A stretch of 63,665 nucleotides of DNA, the filler included. It is 5 parts of 5 records of this genome, joined end to end, with 100 filler letters (N's around TTAATTAATTAA, not from the genome) between each part and the next. Parts side by side here need not be neighbours in the genome. Positions count along the whole stretch, not along the records: positions 45,446 to 54,251 come from DRR378314_1028; positions 54,352 to 63,665 come from DRR378314_1036; 3 more parts are not named here. One strand, written 5' to 3'. The notes beneath the pieces were generated by a model that ran no database searches, was not told where the DNA came from, and saw only the letters and a list, made by a program, of their open reading frames with translations. Within the stretch, counting starts at the first letter, position 1. Every line of letters begins with the position of its first letter. Shown one piece after another: positions 46,371-56,314 of the stretch. A program made the position numbers and the translations under genes.

Positions 46371-48842
46371 ATGGCACGCCTCTTCCGCTGGCTCCTACGC
46401 CTGACTGCCGGTACAATTCTGCTCGGCGTCGCAGCCGCACTGCTGGTCTATTTTCTCGCGGCTCAATCGTTGCCCGACTACAATAAGGAAATCGCCCTGC
46501 CCGGCCCCACGGCTCCGGTGGAAATTGTGCGCGACAATGCCAATGTTCCGCATATTTTTGGCAGCTTCGGCGCTTCGGACGAGGATGTGTTCTTTGGTCT
46601 TGGCTATGCGCATGCGCAGGACCGACTGTGGCAAATGGCTGTCATGCGCCGCACCGTGCAGGGACGCCTGTCAGAGGTATTTGGCGCACGTACAGTCAAA
46701 ACCGACAGCTTTCTGCGTCGGCTCGATCTCTACGGGACGGCGCGCCGCTCCGTTTCGGCACAAAGCCCCGAGGCCCTGAGCGCGCTCAAGGCCTACGCCG
46801 CTGGAGTCAATGCGCGCTTGCAGGAGATCAACGAAGACGCGCTTGGCCGTGGGGCGCCAGAGATGTTTCTGTTCAACATGCCGATCGCGCCGTGGCAACC
46901 CGCAGACAGCATCGCAATGATGAAGTTGATGGCGCTGCAATTGTCGTCTCAGCTGCAAGAGGAAATCCTGCGGGCCCAAACCTCTATCGCCCTCGATGAT
47001 CCCGCTCGGCTCTCTGACATCCTTCCCGATGTTCCAGGAGCGGGAACTGCGACTTTGCCGGAATACACCAGCCTCTTTCCCGAGCTGAACGGCCTCACGT
47101 TGCAGGAACCGCAGGTCGCGGCCCTGATGCCCGTCGCCCCACGCGGGTTGGGCGGTGCTTCCAACGCTTGGGCCGCGGCGCCCAGCCGGTCCGCGTCTGG
47201 CGGAACGCTTCTGGCCAATGACCCTCACCTCAACTTGACCGCTCCGGGCGCTTGGTATCTGGCCCGTCTGGAACTGGGAACAGGCGGGGTCATCGGTGGC
47301 ACCATCCCTGGGATCCCGGCAGTTCTGACTGGGCGGACGCAACAAATGGGCTGGGGGCTGACTTCTTCCTACCTCGATGATCAGGACTTGTTCATTGAGA
47401 AGATCAATCCCGACAACGCACAGGAATACCTGTCCCCCAACGGCTACAAGGACTTTGTCACCCGTCCATCGATCGTGCAGATCAAGGGAAGCGCGCCGCT
47501 GACGTTGACCCTGCGCTGGACGGAAAACGGCCCTGTGCTCCCCGGCTCTCTGTTCGACCTCGCATCGATCACCCCACCCGGTCATGTTGTCAGCCTTGGC
47601 TGGACAGCATTGTCGGAAACTGACACCTCGCTCACCGCCGCGCTGGAGCTGATGAGGGCCAATAGCATCGAGCAAGCGATTGCTGCGGGTGAACAATTTA
47701 TTGCTCCGTCGCAGAACCTGACGCTCGTGGACAGCGATGGCATCGCGCTTAAGACCATTGGCGCAATGCCGGAGCGTGATCTGCGCAACCAAAGTCAGGG
47801 TCGGCTGCCAAACCAGGGCTGGCGCCGGGAAAACAGGTGGCAAGGGCGGCTGCCCTATGCCGCGAACCCGGAGTTCATTAATCCCCGCGGCGGCATTCTC
47901 GGAAACACCAACAATAAGCTGGTCGAACGGCCATTCCCCAATCACGTCTCGTATAACTGGGGCGACACACAGCGGATCAATCGCTGGCGTCGCCTGATGC
48001 AGGCCCGTGAAGTCCACACCCGCGACAGCTTTATCGAGGCGCAGCTCGACGCCGTCTCGTATAGCGCGCAAACTCTCCTGCCGCTGATCGGTGCGGATCT
48101 GTGGTACGCCGAAGAAGCCGCGCCGGAGGGCACGCGCGAACGTCAGCGACACATCGCCTTGTCGCTGCTGGCAGAGTGGAATGGCGAGATGAATGAGCAT
48201 TTGCCAGAACCGCTCATCTACGCCAGCTGGGTCAGAGCGTTGCAAAAACGACTGATCGAAGACGATCTCGGGCCGCTTGCTGATGCGTTTTCCCGTGTAG
48301 ACCCCTTGTTCTTGGAACGTGTGTTCCGCGATGTCGATGGTGCCAGTGCCTGGTGCAACGTGCAACAAAGCGCACCAACAGAGACATGCACGGATATGGC
48401 CCGGCGGGCTCTCGATGATGCACTGGTCTATATCAGCGAGAGATACGGCAGTCGGCTGGAAACCCTGCGATGGGGCGATGCACATCAAGCAACACAAGAT
48501 CATGAGATCCTCGGCGAGGTGCCTCTGTTGCGTCATTTCGTGAATATTCGCCAGTCCACCAGCGGTGGCGACAACACGCTACAGCGCGGTCTGACCTCCG
48601 GGCAGGAACCAGTTCCGTTCAATAATGTACACGCAGCAGGCTATCGCGGGGTCTATGATTTTGCGGACCCTGACAGCTCTGTTTTCATCATCGCTACGGG
48701 CCAGTCCGGACATTTCCTGTCGCGCTACTATGACGACATGGCTCAGTTCTGGCGCCGTGGCGAATATATACCGATGTCATTGGATGAAAATCTGGCCCGC
48801 GCGGCCGCCGTGGGCATCACACGCATCCTGCCAAGGCAGTAG
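46371..48842 (+). CDS. Penicillin acylase (peptidase S45) family Ntn hydrolase with N-terminal membrane anchor
   Basis: EIVRDNANVPHI, GLGYAHAQDRLWQM, beta-chain nucleophile SNAWAAAPSRS...LLANDPHL (Ser codon at 47160), TGQSGHFLSRYYDD. Start taken at MARLFRW. Confidence 0.92.
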   Translation: MARLFRWLLRLTAGTILLGVAAALLVYFLAAQSLPDYNKEIALPGPTAPVEIVRDNANVPHIFGSFGASDEDVFFGLGYAHAQDRLWQMAVMRRTVQGRLSEVFGARTVKTDSFLRRLDLYGTARRSVSAQSPEALSALKAYAAGVNARLQEINEDALGRGAPEMFLFNMPIAPWQPADSIAMMKLMALQLSSQLQEEILRAQTSIALDDPARLSDILPDVPGAGTATLPEYTSLFPELNGLTLQEPQVAALMPVAPRGLGGASNAWAAAPSRSASGGTLLANDPHLNLTAPGAWYLARLELGTGGVIGGTIPGIPAVLTGRTQQMGWGLTSSYLDDQDLFIEKINPDNAQEYLSPNGYKDFVTRPSIVQIKGSAPLTLTLRWTENGPVLPGSLFDLASITPPGHVVSLGWTALSETDTSLTAALELMRANSIEQAIAAGEQFIAPSQNLTLVDSDGIALKTIGAMPERDLRNQSQGRLPNQGWRRENRWQGRLPYAANPEFINPRGGILGNTNNKLVERPFPNHVSYNWGDTQRINRWRRLMQAREVHTRDSFIEAQLDAVSYSAQTLLPLIGADLWYAEEAAPEGTRERQRHIALSLLAEWNGEMNEHLPEPLIYASWVRALQKRLIEDDLGPLADAFSRVDPLFLERVFRDVDGASAWCNVQQSAPTETCTDMARRALDDALVYISERYGSRLETLRWGDAHQATQDHEILGEVPLLRHFVNIRQSTSGGDNTLQRGLTSGQEPVPFNNVHAAGYRGVYDFADPDSSVFIIATGQSGHFLSRYYDDMAQFWRRGEYIPMSLDENLARAAAVGITRILPRQ

Positions 48843-48853
48843 AGCGAATAAAC

Positions 48854-48878
48854 ACGCAGCGCTTTCAAAGCGCTGCGT
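48854..48878. terminator. Perfect inverted repeat between the convergent acylase and hflX genes (candidate bidirectional terminator)
   Basis: acgcagcgcttt-c-aaagcgctgcgt; overlaps the hflX stop codon. Confidence 0.55.
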
Positions 48879-50136
48879 ATTGCGCTTTCTGTTTGTCGGT
48901 CCAGCGCACGGTGATTTCGAAACCGGATTCAGTCTGGTCTTCGGACACCACAACATCCTGCTTGAAGAGCCAAGCGCGCTGCCTACCTTGAGAAAACGCA
49001 AGACTAATAGTCTCTGTATGCCGCGCGCCCTGCAATTTGATCGCAATGTCATCCAGCAAGGCGGGCAGACCTTCGCCTGTGATCGCCGAAATCGCGTAAA
49101 GCTCCTCGCTGCGCTCGGCACGTTTCCGGCACGCATCGGCCTCTTCTTCAGAGAGCCGATCGATCTTGTTCCAGACCTCAATCATCGGCCGATCCTCATC
49201 GACACCCAGAGAGTTGAGGATCTGCCGAACATCTTCGGCCTGATTTTCGGTCTCATCGTGGCTGATGTCACGCACGTGCAGAATGACGTCTGCAGCAAGT
49301 ACTTCTTCAAGCGTTGCCCGGAATGAAGCGACCAATTCGGTTGGAAGATCGGAGATGAACCCGACGGTGTCCGACAGGATCACTTCCGGTCCATCTGGGA
49401 GTTCCACCCGTCGCATCGTGGGGTCAAGCGTGGCAAAGAGCATGTCTTTCGCCATCACATCAGCGCCCGTCAAGCGATTGAAAACTGTAGATTTCCCGGC
49501 GTTGGTATAGCCCACCAGAGCCACAATCGGATAAGGAACCTTCGCACGCGCCGCGCGATGCAGTGTCCGGGTTTTCACCACCTTGTCGAGCTGGCGGCGC
49601 AAGCGGACCAGCTGCTCGTCAATGGCGCGCCGGTCGGCCTCGATCTGCGTTTCGCCGGGACCGCCGACAAAACCAAGTCCACCACGCTGACGTTCCAGAT
49701 GGGTCCAAGCTCTCACCAATCGCGTACGCTGATAGTTCAGCGCCGCCATTTCCACCTGCAGCACGCCCTCACGGGTGCGCGCGCGATCCGAGAAAATCTC
49801 CAGGATCAGGCCAGTCCGGTCCAGAATCTTAACCTTCCAGGCTTTTTCCAGATTGCGCTGCTGCACGGGGCTGACCGGGCCGTCGACCAGCACCAATTCC
49901 ACGTCTGAGGCCAGAAATATCGCCTTCAGCTCTTCGATTTTGCCGGAGCCAAACAGCATGCCGGCATGCGCCTTGGGCAAGCCAACGACAGTTGACCCGA
50001 CCACATCAAGGTCGGGCAAGGCGGCCGCAAGCGCTACACCTTCTTCAAGCGCCGGAACTGCGTCACGACGTGTTCTGTCGGATTTGATATCCGGATGCAG
50101 AACCCAGGCGCGGGTCCGCTTCCTGTCGTGCTCCAT
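48865..50136 (-). CDS. hflX: Ribosome-associated GTPase HflX
   Basis: GGPGETQIEADRR, G1 GYTNAGKS, G2 FATLDPT, G3 DTVGF, G4 NKID; TGATG coupling with hfq. Confidence 0.97.
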   Translation of the reverse strand: MEHDRKRTRAWVLHPDIKSDRTRRDAVPALEEGVALAAALPDLDVVGSTVVGLPKAHAGMLFGSGKIEELKAIFLASDVELVLVDGPVSPVQQRNLEKAWKVKILDRTGLILEIFSDRARTREGVLQVEMAALNYQRTRLVRAWTHLERQRGGLGFVGGPGETQIEADRRAIDEQLVRLRRQLDKVVKTRTLHRAARAKVPYPIVALVGYTNAGKSTVFNRLTGADVMAKDMLFATLDPTMRRVELPDGPEVILSDTVGFISDLPTELVASFRATLEEVLAADVILHVRDISHDETENQAEDVRQILNSLGVDEDRPMIEVWNKIDRLSEEEADACRKRAERSEELYAISAITGEGLPALLDDIAIKLQGARHTETISLAFSQGRQRAWLFKQDVVVSEDQTESGFEITVRWTDKQKAQYAAL

Positions 50137-50375
50137 CAATTAGAGTCTTCACCCTCGTAGAGACTGATCGGCTGAGCCGGCATGATGGTGGAGATCGCAT
50201 GTTTGTACACGAGCTGCGACTGGCCATCACGGCGCAGCAAAACACAGAAGTTATCGAACCAAGTGATCACGCCCTGCAGTTTAACGCCGTTGATCAGAAA
50301 GATTGTGACCGGAACTTTTGTTTTGCGAACGTGGTTCAGGAATGCATCCTGAAGATTCTGTCTGTCCGAAGCCAT
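50136..50375 (-). CDS. hfq: RNA chaperone Hfq
   Basis: [30 protein letters not shown]...FDNF...[10 protein letters not shown]. Confidence 0.98.
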   Translation of the reverse strand: MASDRQNLQDAFLNHVRKTKVPVTIFLINGVKLQGVITWFDNFCVLLRRDGQSQLVYKHAISTIMPAQPISLYEGEDSN

Positions 50376-50507
50376 TTGTTTATTATCTCGCCTTTGTTCT
50401 TGTTACGCGCTGCGGCCCAACGCGTCCCTTGTGCAGAGTATGGACGCAGATTCCGCGGGTTTCCACCCGAAAAACGTCACTTTTCTACATGGGTTAACCA
50501 GATTCTG

Positions 50508-52046
50508 TCAGTTACGCCAGAGATTAGGCGACAGAAGCGCAATAATGGCCAATGTTTCCAATCGTCCCAGAACCATCGCAAAACACAATATCAGTTTTAC
50601 GGGCGCTTCCATCAGGCTCAACTCGATCGGAAATTGCCCGGCCGCTTCGATCAGCGGACCGGTCGTCGACAGCCCGGCCACTGCCAGGATCATCGCCTGT
50701 TCAAACGGGACACCAAAGGCGGACAGCGCGACGCAGATCAGCGCAAGGGAAAGCGCAAACAGCATGAAAAAGATCCAGGCCACAAAGGCGCCATTGCTTT
50801 GTAGACGACGATTCCCGCGCCCTTCGCCACTGACCGACGATGGCAAAACCAGCCGCTCCATCTCTCGCAACCCATTGAGATAAAGCGCATAAACCCTCAA
50901 CAGCTTCACCCCGCCCGCCGTGGTCGCAACGCCGCCGCCCATGACTGCAAGCCCCAGAAGGATCATCCCGGGCGTCTCCAGCCCAGACCACTCCTGCGCA
51001 CTGAACCAATAGGCGCTTTCAAACCCCGTGGTGGTCAAAAAGGACGTGACTGTGAAGAGTGCGCCCCAGAATGACGCCAGCCCCATAGCCAGATCACCAG
51101 AGGCATTGACCTCAAGCGCTGCGATCCAATGGCGCAAAAACAGCAAAGTAGGCACGCCGATGATAATCAGCATACCGGTGCGAAATTCGGGGTCCTTGTC
51201 GAGACGCCCATGCCCAACGGCAACGGTATCGCTGGAAAATGTCAGGCGAGACAGGGCAAACAACAAGAAGAGGAGCATCACCATCTCGCCGGCCAGCCCG
51301 GCCTGCGCCGCGCTGATGCCCCCCACCGGGGACAAGCCCGAAGTTGCCATGATCGACATCGCGTGGCTGACCGCAACCAGGCCAGTCTCGCCGCACAAAA
51401 CCAGAAGAATCGCCAGTGCCAGCGTCAGACCGACATACACCGGCGCCAGCGCCTTGGTCACGAGGATCAGCTTGCGCCGCGGGTCCGGACGCTGGTTTTC
51501 ACGCAAAATCGCATCACTGCGCCCGGGTTCGGCCCGGGTGGTCACCTCAAAGCCGCCCAGAGACAGCGGCGCAAGCACCGCTGATGCCGCGATCCACATG
51601 AACATCCCGCCCATCCAGGCCACCAACGCACGCCATAAGTGCACAGATTGCGGCACCCGCCCCGGTTGGTCAAAAATATCGGCCCCGGTGGTCGTCAGCG
51701 CACTGACCATGTCAAAATAGGCGTTGAGGTAGCTTGTGTTCTGCAAGGCGTCCTGCAGGGGGATCGCAAGGTACAGCGGTAGAAACACAAAGGTTGCCAG
51801 CAGCGTCATCAACTGCCCCGGCATCCCGTAGCGCGGAACACGGTTGGCAACCGATAGACCGATGAAGGTTACAAACGTCAGGCCAACGATGCCGGAGTAA
51901 AAGAAACTCTGAGAGGTCTGATGGTCGTCGACCAACACCGCATGGATTGCAGGGATCCACATGGCGATCGCAAAGATGCCCCAGATCAGCAGCAGTAATG
52001 GCAGACGCAGGATGCCACGGACCTGAGAGCGTGGACGGCGCGGCAT
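50508..52046 (-). CDS. trkH: Trk potassium uptake membrane protein TrkH
   Basis: Polytopic membrane protein with P-loop motifs SALTTTGA, MATSGLS, FLTTTGF, TTAGGVKLLR, GLSTTGP, MVLGRLE; follows trkA. Confidence 0.9.
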   Translation of the reverse strand: MPRRPRSQVRGILRLPLLLLIWGIFAIAMWIPAIHAVLVDDHQTSQSFFYSGIVGLTFVTFIGLSVANRVPRYGMPGQLMTLLATFVFLPLYLAIPLQDALQNTSYLNAYFDMVSALTTTGADIFDQPGRVPQSVHLWRALVAWMGGMFMWIAASAVLAPLSLGGFEVTTRAEPGRSDAILRENQRPDPRRKLILVTKALAPVYVGLTLALAILLVLCGETGLVAVSHAMSIMATSGLSPVGGISAAQAGLAGEMVMLLFLLFALSRLTFSSDTVAVGHGRLDKDPEFRTGMLIIIGVPTLLFLRHWIAALEVNASGDLAMGLASFWGALFTVTSFLTTTGFESAYWFSAQEWSGLETPGMILLGLAVMGGGVATTAGGVKLLRVYALYLNGLREMERLVLPSSVSGEGRGNRRLQSNGAFVAWIFFMLFALSLALICVALSAFGVPFEQAMILAVAGLSTTGPLIEAAGQFPIELSLMEAPVKLILCFAMVLGRLETLAIIALLSPNLWRN

Positions 52047-53423
52047 CTAGAAGTAATCGATCGAGACCTGCATCAGGCGCTCGACCTCCCGCACGTCCGC
52101 CGCCATAGCAAATAGCGCAATGGTATCTCCGGCTTCGATCCGCAGACCACCGCTTGGGCGCACGACCTCGCCGTTCTTAGACACAGCTCCGACCAGAACA
52201 CCTTCGGGAAAGTCGATGTCGCGGATCGCCTGCCCGGACATGGGCGAGGTGGACAGCACCTCGGTCTCGATCACTTCCGCCTCGGCATCGCCAATGGAAT
52301 AGACTTGCCGGATGCGCCCATAGCGGATGTGACGCAGGATCGAGCTGACTGTCGTGGCGCGCGGGTTGATATGAGCATCGATCCCAAGATGCGGCAGCAG
52401 CGGCAGCAAGGTCGGGTCATTGATCAGGGCAATCGCAAAGGGGCATCCTTCGGATTTTGCCCGTACCGCAGCCAGCATATTGGTCTTGTCGTCATCGGTC
52501 ACCGCCAGCATAGCGTCGGCCTTGTCGATGCCGGCCTCGATCATCAGGCCGCGATCCAGACCATCCCCGTTCAATACGATGGTCCGCTCCAGCTCCTCTG
52601 CCGCCTTTTCCGCGTGTTTCCGGTTTTTCTCGATCATCTTGGCACGCGTGCGACCGGGGCGGGCCTCCAGGGCCTTGGCAACCTCCAAACCGACATTACC
52701 CCCGCCGACAATGACAACTCGTTCCTGACGTTTCTCCGTTTTACCAAAGACTTCCATCGTGCGGCTGACGTCATCTGCGTGGCAAAACACATAGGCTGCA
52801 TCGCCTACAAACAACTGATCTCCCGGCTCCGGAGCAAACAGAGTGCCCTCACGGCGCACGCCCACAACGATTGCGCGCAGTGTCGAGAACAGCTCTGTCA
52901 GCTGCCGCAGCGGCGTGTTTACCACCGGGCATTCCTCGTCAACATGGATGCCAAGCAATTGTGCACGCCCGTCCATGAAAACTTCGGTATCGAAGGCCGC
53001 AGGTGCGCGCAGCCGCTGCATTGCCGCAGCAGCCACCTCGCGTTCTGGGCTGATCACCACATCAATGGGCAGATGATTGCGACGATAGAGATCAGAGTAG
53101 ATCGCGTTCAGATAGCTCTTGGCCCGCAGGCGCGCGATCTTACGCTGTATCGAAAAGACCGAATGAGCCACCTGACAGGTGACCATATTCACCTCATCCG
53201 AATGGGTGGCCGCGATGATCATATCCGCGTCGCGTGCCCCGGCTCGATCCAGCACATCTGGATATGAGGCAAAGCCCGCAATCCCCTGAACATCAAGCGT
53301 ATCTGTCGCGCGGCGCACCAAATCCGGGTTGTTGTCCACAACGGTGACATCGTTGTGCTCTCCCGACAGGTGACGCGCGATCTGCCAGCCGACCTGCCCG
53401 GCGCCACAGATAATAACCTTCAT
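52047..53423 (-). CDS. trkA: Trk potassium uptake regulatory subunit TrkA
   Basis: Two RCK domains, GAGQVG and GGGNVG. Confidence 0.96.
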   Translation of the reverse strand: MKVIICGAGQVGWQIARHLSGEHNDVTVVDNNPDLVRRATDTLDVQGIAGFASYPDVLDRAGARDADMIIAATHSDEVNMVTCQVAHSVFSIQRKIARLRAKSYLNAIYSDLYRRNHLPIDVVISPEREVAAAAMQRLRAPAAFDTEVFMDGRAQLLGIHVDEECPVVNTPLRQLTELFSTLRAIVVGVRREGTLFAPEPGDQLFVGDAAYVFCHADDVSRTMEVFGKTEKRQERVVIVGGGNVGLEVAKALEARPGRTRAKMIEKNRKHAEKAAEELERTIVLNGDGLDRGLMIEAGIDKADAMLAVTDDDKTNMLAAVRAKSEGCPFAIALINDPTLLPLLPHLGIDAHINPRATTVSSILRHIRYGRIRQVYSIGDAEAEVIETEVLSTSPMSGQAIRDIDFPEGVLVGAVSKNGEVVRPSGGLRIEAGDTIALFAMAADVREVERLMQVSIDYF

Positions 53424-53524
53424 TGATCCGCTCTCCGGGCCTGAAATGCCTGATTTGCATGACAGATGGCACTGTCATGGTCAATTCAATTGTCCGGGCC
53501 GCACCGGGCCGGGTTCAGCTCTGT

Positions 53525-54251
53525 TCAGATGGTGATTTCAGTCGTCTCGTCTTCTTCGTTCTCGACCCGCGCGACCCGAGCGCCCGCCTTGTTCGAGGTG
53601 ACAACCCCCAGAGATTTCAGCTTTCGGTGCAATGCTGATCGCTCCATCCCGACAAAGGATGCCGTCCGGCTGATATTGCCACCAAATCGGTTGATTTGGG
53701 TCAGAAGATATTCGCGCTCGAACGCTTCACGAGCCTCACGCAATGGCAGCGTCGCCAGCGCCCCCGAAAGCACAACCCGGCCTTCGGTCTCCACCTTTTC
53801 TTCCTCGCTCGGCAGGTCTTTGGCCTGGATCGGATCCGAGGTTTCTCCGAGAATAAGAACCCGCTCCACCAAATTCTTCAGCTGACGAACATTTCCGGGC
53901 CAGGTCATGGTCTGCATCAAGGCAACCGCATCTTCGCTGACCTCACGCAACGGCAGCCCCTGCGTCTGGTTGAAACCTGAGATGAAGTATTCGGCCAGCA
54001 GCGGAATGTCTTCGCGGCGTTCCGACAGCGCCGGGACGCCGATCGGAACCACGTTGAGCCGATGGTATAGCTCTTGCCGGAATGTCCCGTCCGCAATCTC
54101 CTGCTCAAGATCACGATTGGTCGCCGAGATGACACGCAGATCGACCTTGACCTTATCGGCGCCGCCAACCCGGATGAATTGCTGGTCCACCAGAACCCGC
54201 AGGATTTTGGATTGCGTGCCAAGCGGCATATCCGCCACCTCGTCAAAGAAC
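53525..54251 (-). CDS. ntrX: Sigma-54-type response regulator NtrX, 5' truncated
   Basis: FFDEVADMP, FRQELYHRLNV, WPGNVRQLKN, HTH AREAFEREYLLTQINRFGGNISRTASFVGMERSALHRKLKSL; ntrX-trkA-trkH-hfq-hflX order is typical of Rhodobacteraceae. Confidence 0.9.
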
Positions 54252-54351
54252 NNNNNNNNNNNNNNNNNNNNNNNNNNNNNNNNNNNNNNNNNNNNTTAAT
54301 TAATTAANNNNNNNNNNNNNNNNNNNNNNNNNNNNNNNNNNNNNNNNNNNN
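54252..54351. other. Artificial contig spacer
   Basis: N44-TTAATTAATTAA-N44, linker at 54296-54307. Confidence 0.98.
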
Positions 54352-56314
54352 TACCTTTGCACGGAACGCACCCGCTCCGTGGACCGCTTTCCTGTTGAGG
54401 TGGATTCTTTTTGTATAGCATAGAAAATGTGAAATGGATACGGGTGTAGACGGAGCATTGGGGAAGCGAATCTGGGGAGAGTACCCGTGTGGAGTCGCCA
54501 AGCGCGCTCCGTCGAGCACAGTACCGTCCTTTTTTCCCACCGCCGTTTCTCCAAGTCGCAGCAGCGAAACATTTTCGATTTTCGGGTTTGTTGAAACTCG
54601 CAAACCCTACTCCGTCTGTTTCCCCCCCCAGTGCCGTCAAGGCCGGCCGCACCTCGCGCGCGCGAAGGTGCACACACTTTCTTCGCTCTGTCAGCCGTGC
54701 ATATCCCAGGACGAGCCAGCGCAAGCAGCGAGAGCGTGAGGTGCGAATCCCTGTTTCCCCTTTCGCTATGAAAAATAAGCATCGTCTATTTCCTCGCACG
54801 GAGAATATTTCTTTTCCAATAACTATGTGTGATACATGGAGGCGCACCTGTGTTACGTCGGAGGGCAAAAACGGGTGCGGGACATTCGCGCAGAAACGTT
54901 GCTGGTCGAGTGCTGGTGCCGCAGCGTTGCACGTCGTAGCCCCAGCGCGCACCGCTGTCCCAGCTGCACGCGCAGCGCGACCGCAGCGACCTTGGCACGC
55001 GCTGCCACAGCGCCGTGTCCTCCACATAGTGTCCCGAGAAGAGACAACCAATTTCCCCTCACACCGAAAAAACAGAATTCCCCAATGATAGACAGTCGTT
55101 GCGCTTACATGTTAGCGCGCTGTTCACGCGCCGTTGCAGTTAAAGGCGCGAGCGCGGGGGCTGCAAGTCTCGCTCGGCGCGTGCGTTGGGCCGCGCGTTG
55201 TTCGTTGTGTTTCGCGTTGCCGTCGCTTGCCGCGGCCTGCTAGGTGGGAGTGCGTCTCCCTCCCGACGCCAACGCAGTGCTGACGGCTGTGGAATTCGCG
55301 CGCGTCCTGCCGGGTCGCGCAACTCATAGCGCACGAGCAGACCCTCGTGTACATCTGGTGTGTGACCGCGAATGATCTCTATATGTTCCTCGTGGATTAG
55401 GTCGCTTTCTGTTTTCAATGTCAGTGCGCCACTGTGACGCTTCGTCGCGCCCACATTCCCCACGCGCGGTGCACTGGGCAGCGCCACAACAGCCCAGGTC
55501 TTAGTTGCTCACCTCGCACGGAGTGACAGTGCCTGTTGATCCCAGAGCCAGGGATATGCGTTAAGAATCCTCGCACGTTTTTATTTGTTGATACATAGAC
55601 GACTCGTGGGATAATAGTTGCCTCAGCGAGCGTGCTATAGGTTATTACTCGTACTATTAAGCACGAGAGAGGCCAGCGAGGTTTTCCCAGTTCGTGCCGT
55701 CTCCGTAGGTGGAGCTCGCTCGCCCCTGATCTCCGCTGGTCGTTGCTGGCCATTTGGTTCGTGCGAATTCGCACGTCTCAGACTGCAACGTGATAGCGCC
55801 AGGCCGGTCTTTGTGCACAGATTCACAGGACAGGGATACTGCTATTGTGCTTAGGGCGGGTTGTTGTGGCGATCCAGCGGGATTCCTTGAAAATGGGGCG
55901 AAACTATGCAAGGAATCCATCTAGGACGCGATAAATGATACGTCTGCCTGTACAGAAGCACATGACTAGCCCTGCGAAAGCCCGTCACGTGCTCCATGTA
56001 CGCGAATAGGCCTCGCAGTAGGCGCAGCGATCGCGTCAACTACGTCGCATTCTTCACTCAGTTGTGTTCGCACGCCACGTAATGTGAACAGTATCGACGC
56101 ACGTCTGTTCTTCTTGTCTGACGCTGCGCTGCTTTTCGTTCCTTCCGTGTACCGCTCCTACTCATCCTGTAGCGAGTTATCACGGACAAGTGCATCGGCG
56201 GGCAGTCCCTACGAGCGTGCAAGCAGCTCTTGACGATTCCCTGTTTGCTCTAGGGACATAGCATCTGTTCGTTGCGGGCTCTCTGTGACCCTGTGGAGCA
56301 AGAAAACTACGACA

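Noticed and set aside
11602-54251. Bacterial gene blocks as horizontal transfer into the eukaryote
   Set aside because: Separated by artificial spacers, truncated at contig ends, with intact bacterial operon structure and no physical linkage
11546-54307. TTAATTAATTAA occurring four times as a possible repeat family or transposon target
   Set aside because: Always centred in 100-nt N spacers; a synthetic six-frame-stop linker
54352-55774. Possible spliced minus-strand gene upstream of the helicase (splice-like signals near 54393, 54847, 55512)
   Set aside because: No frame gave a recognisable protein and the contig is truncated
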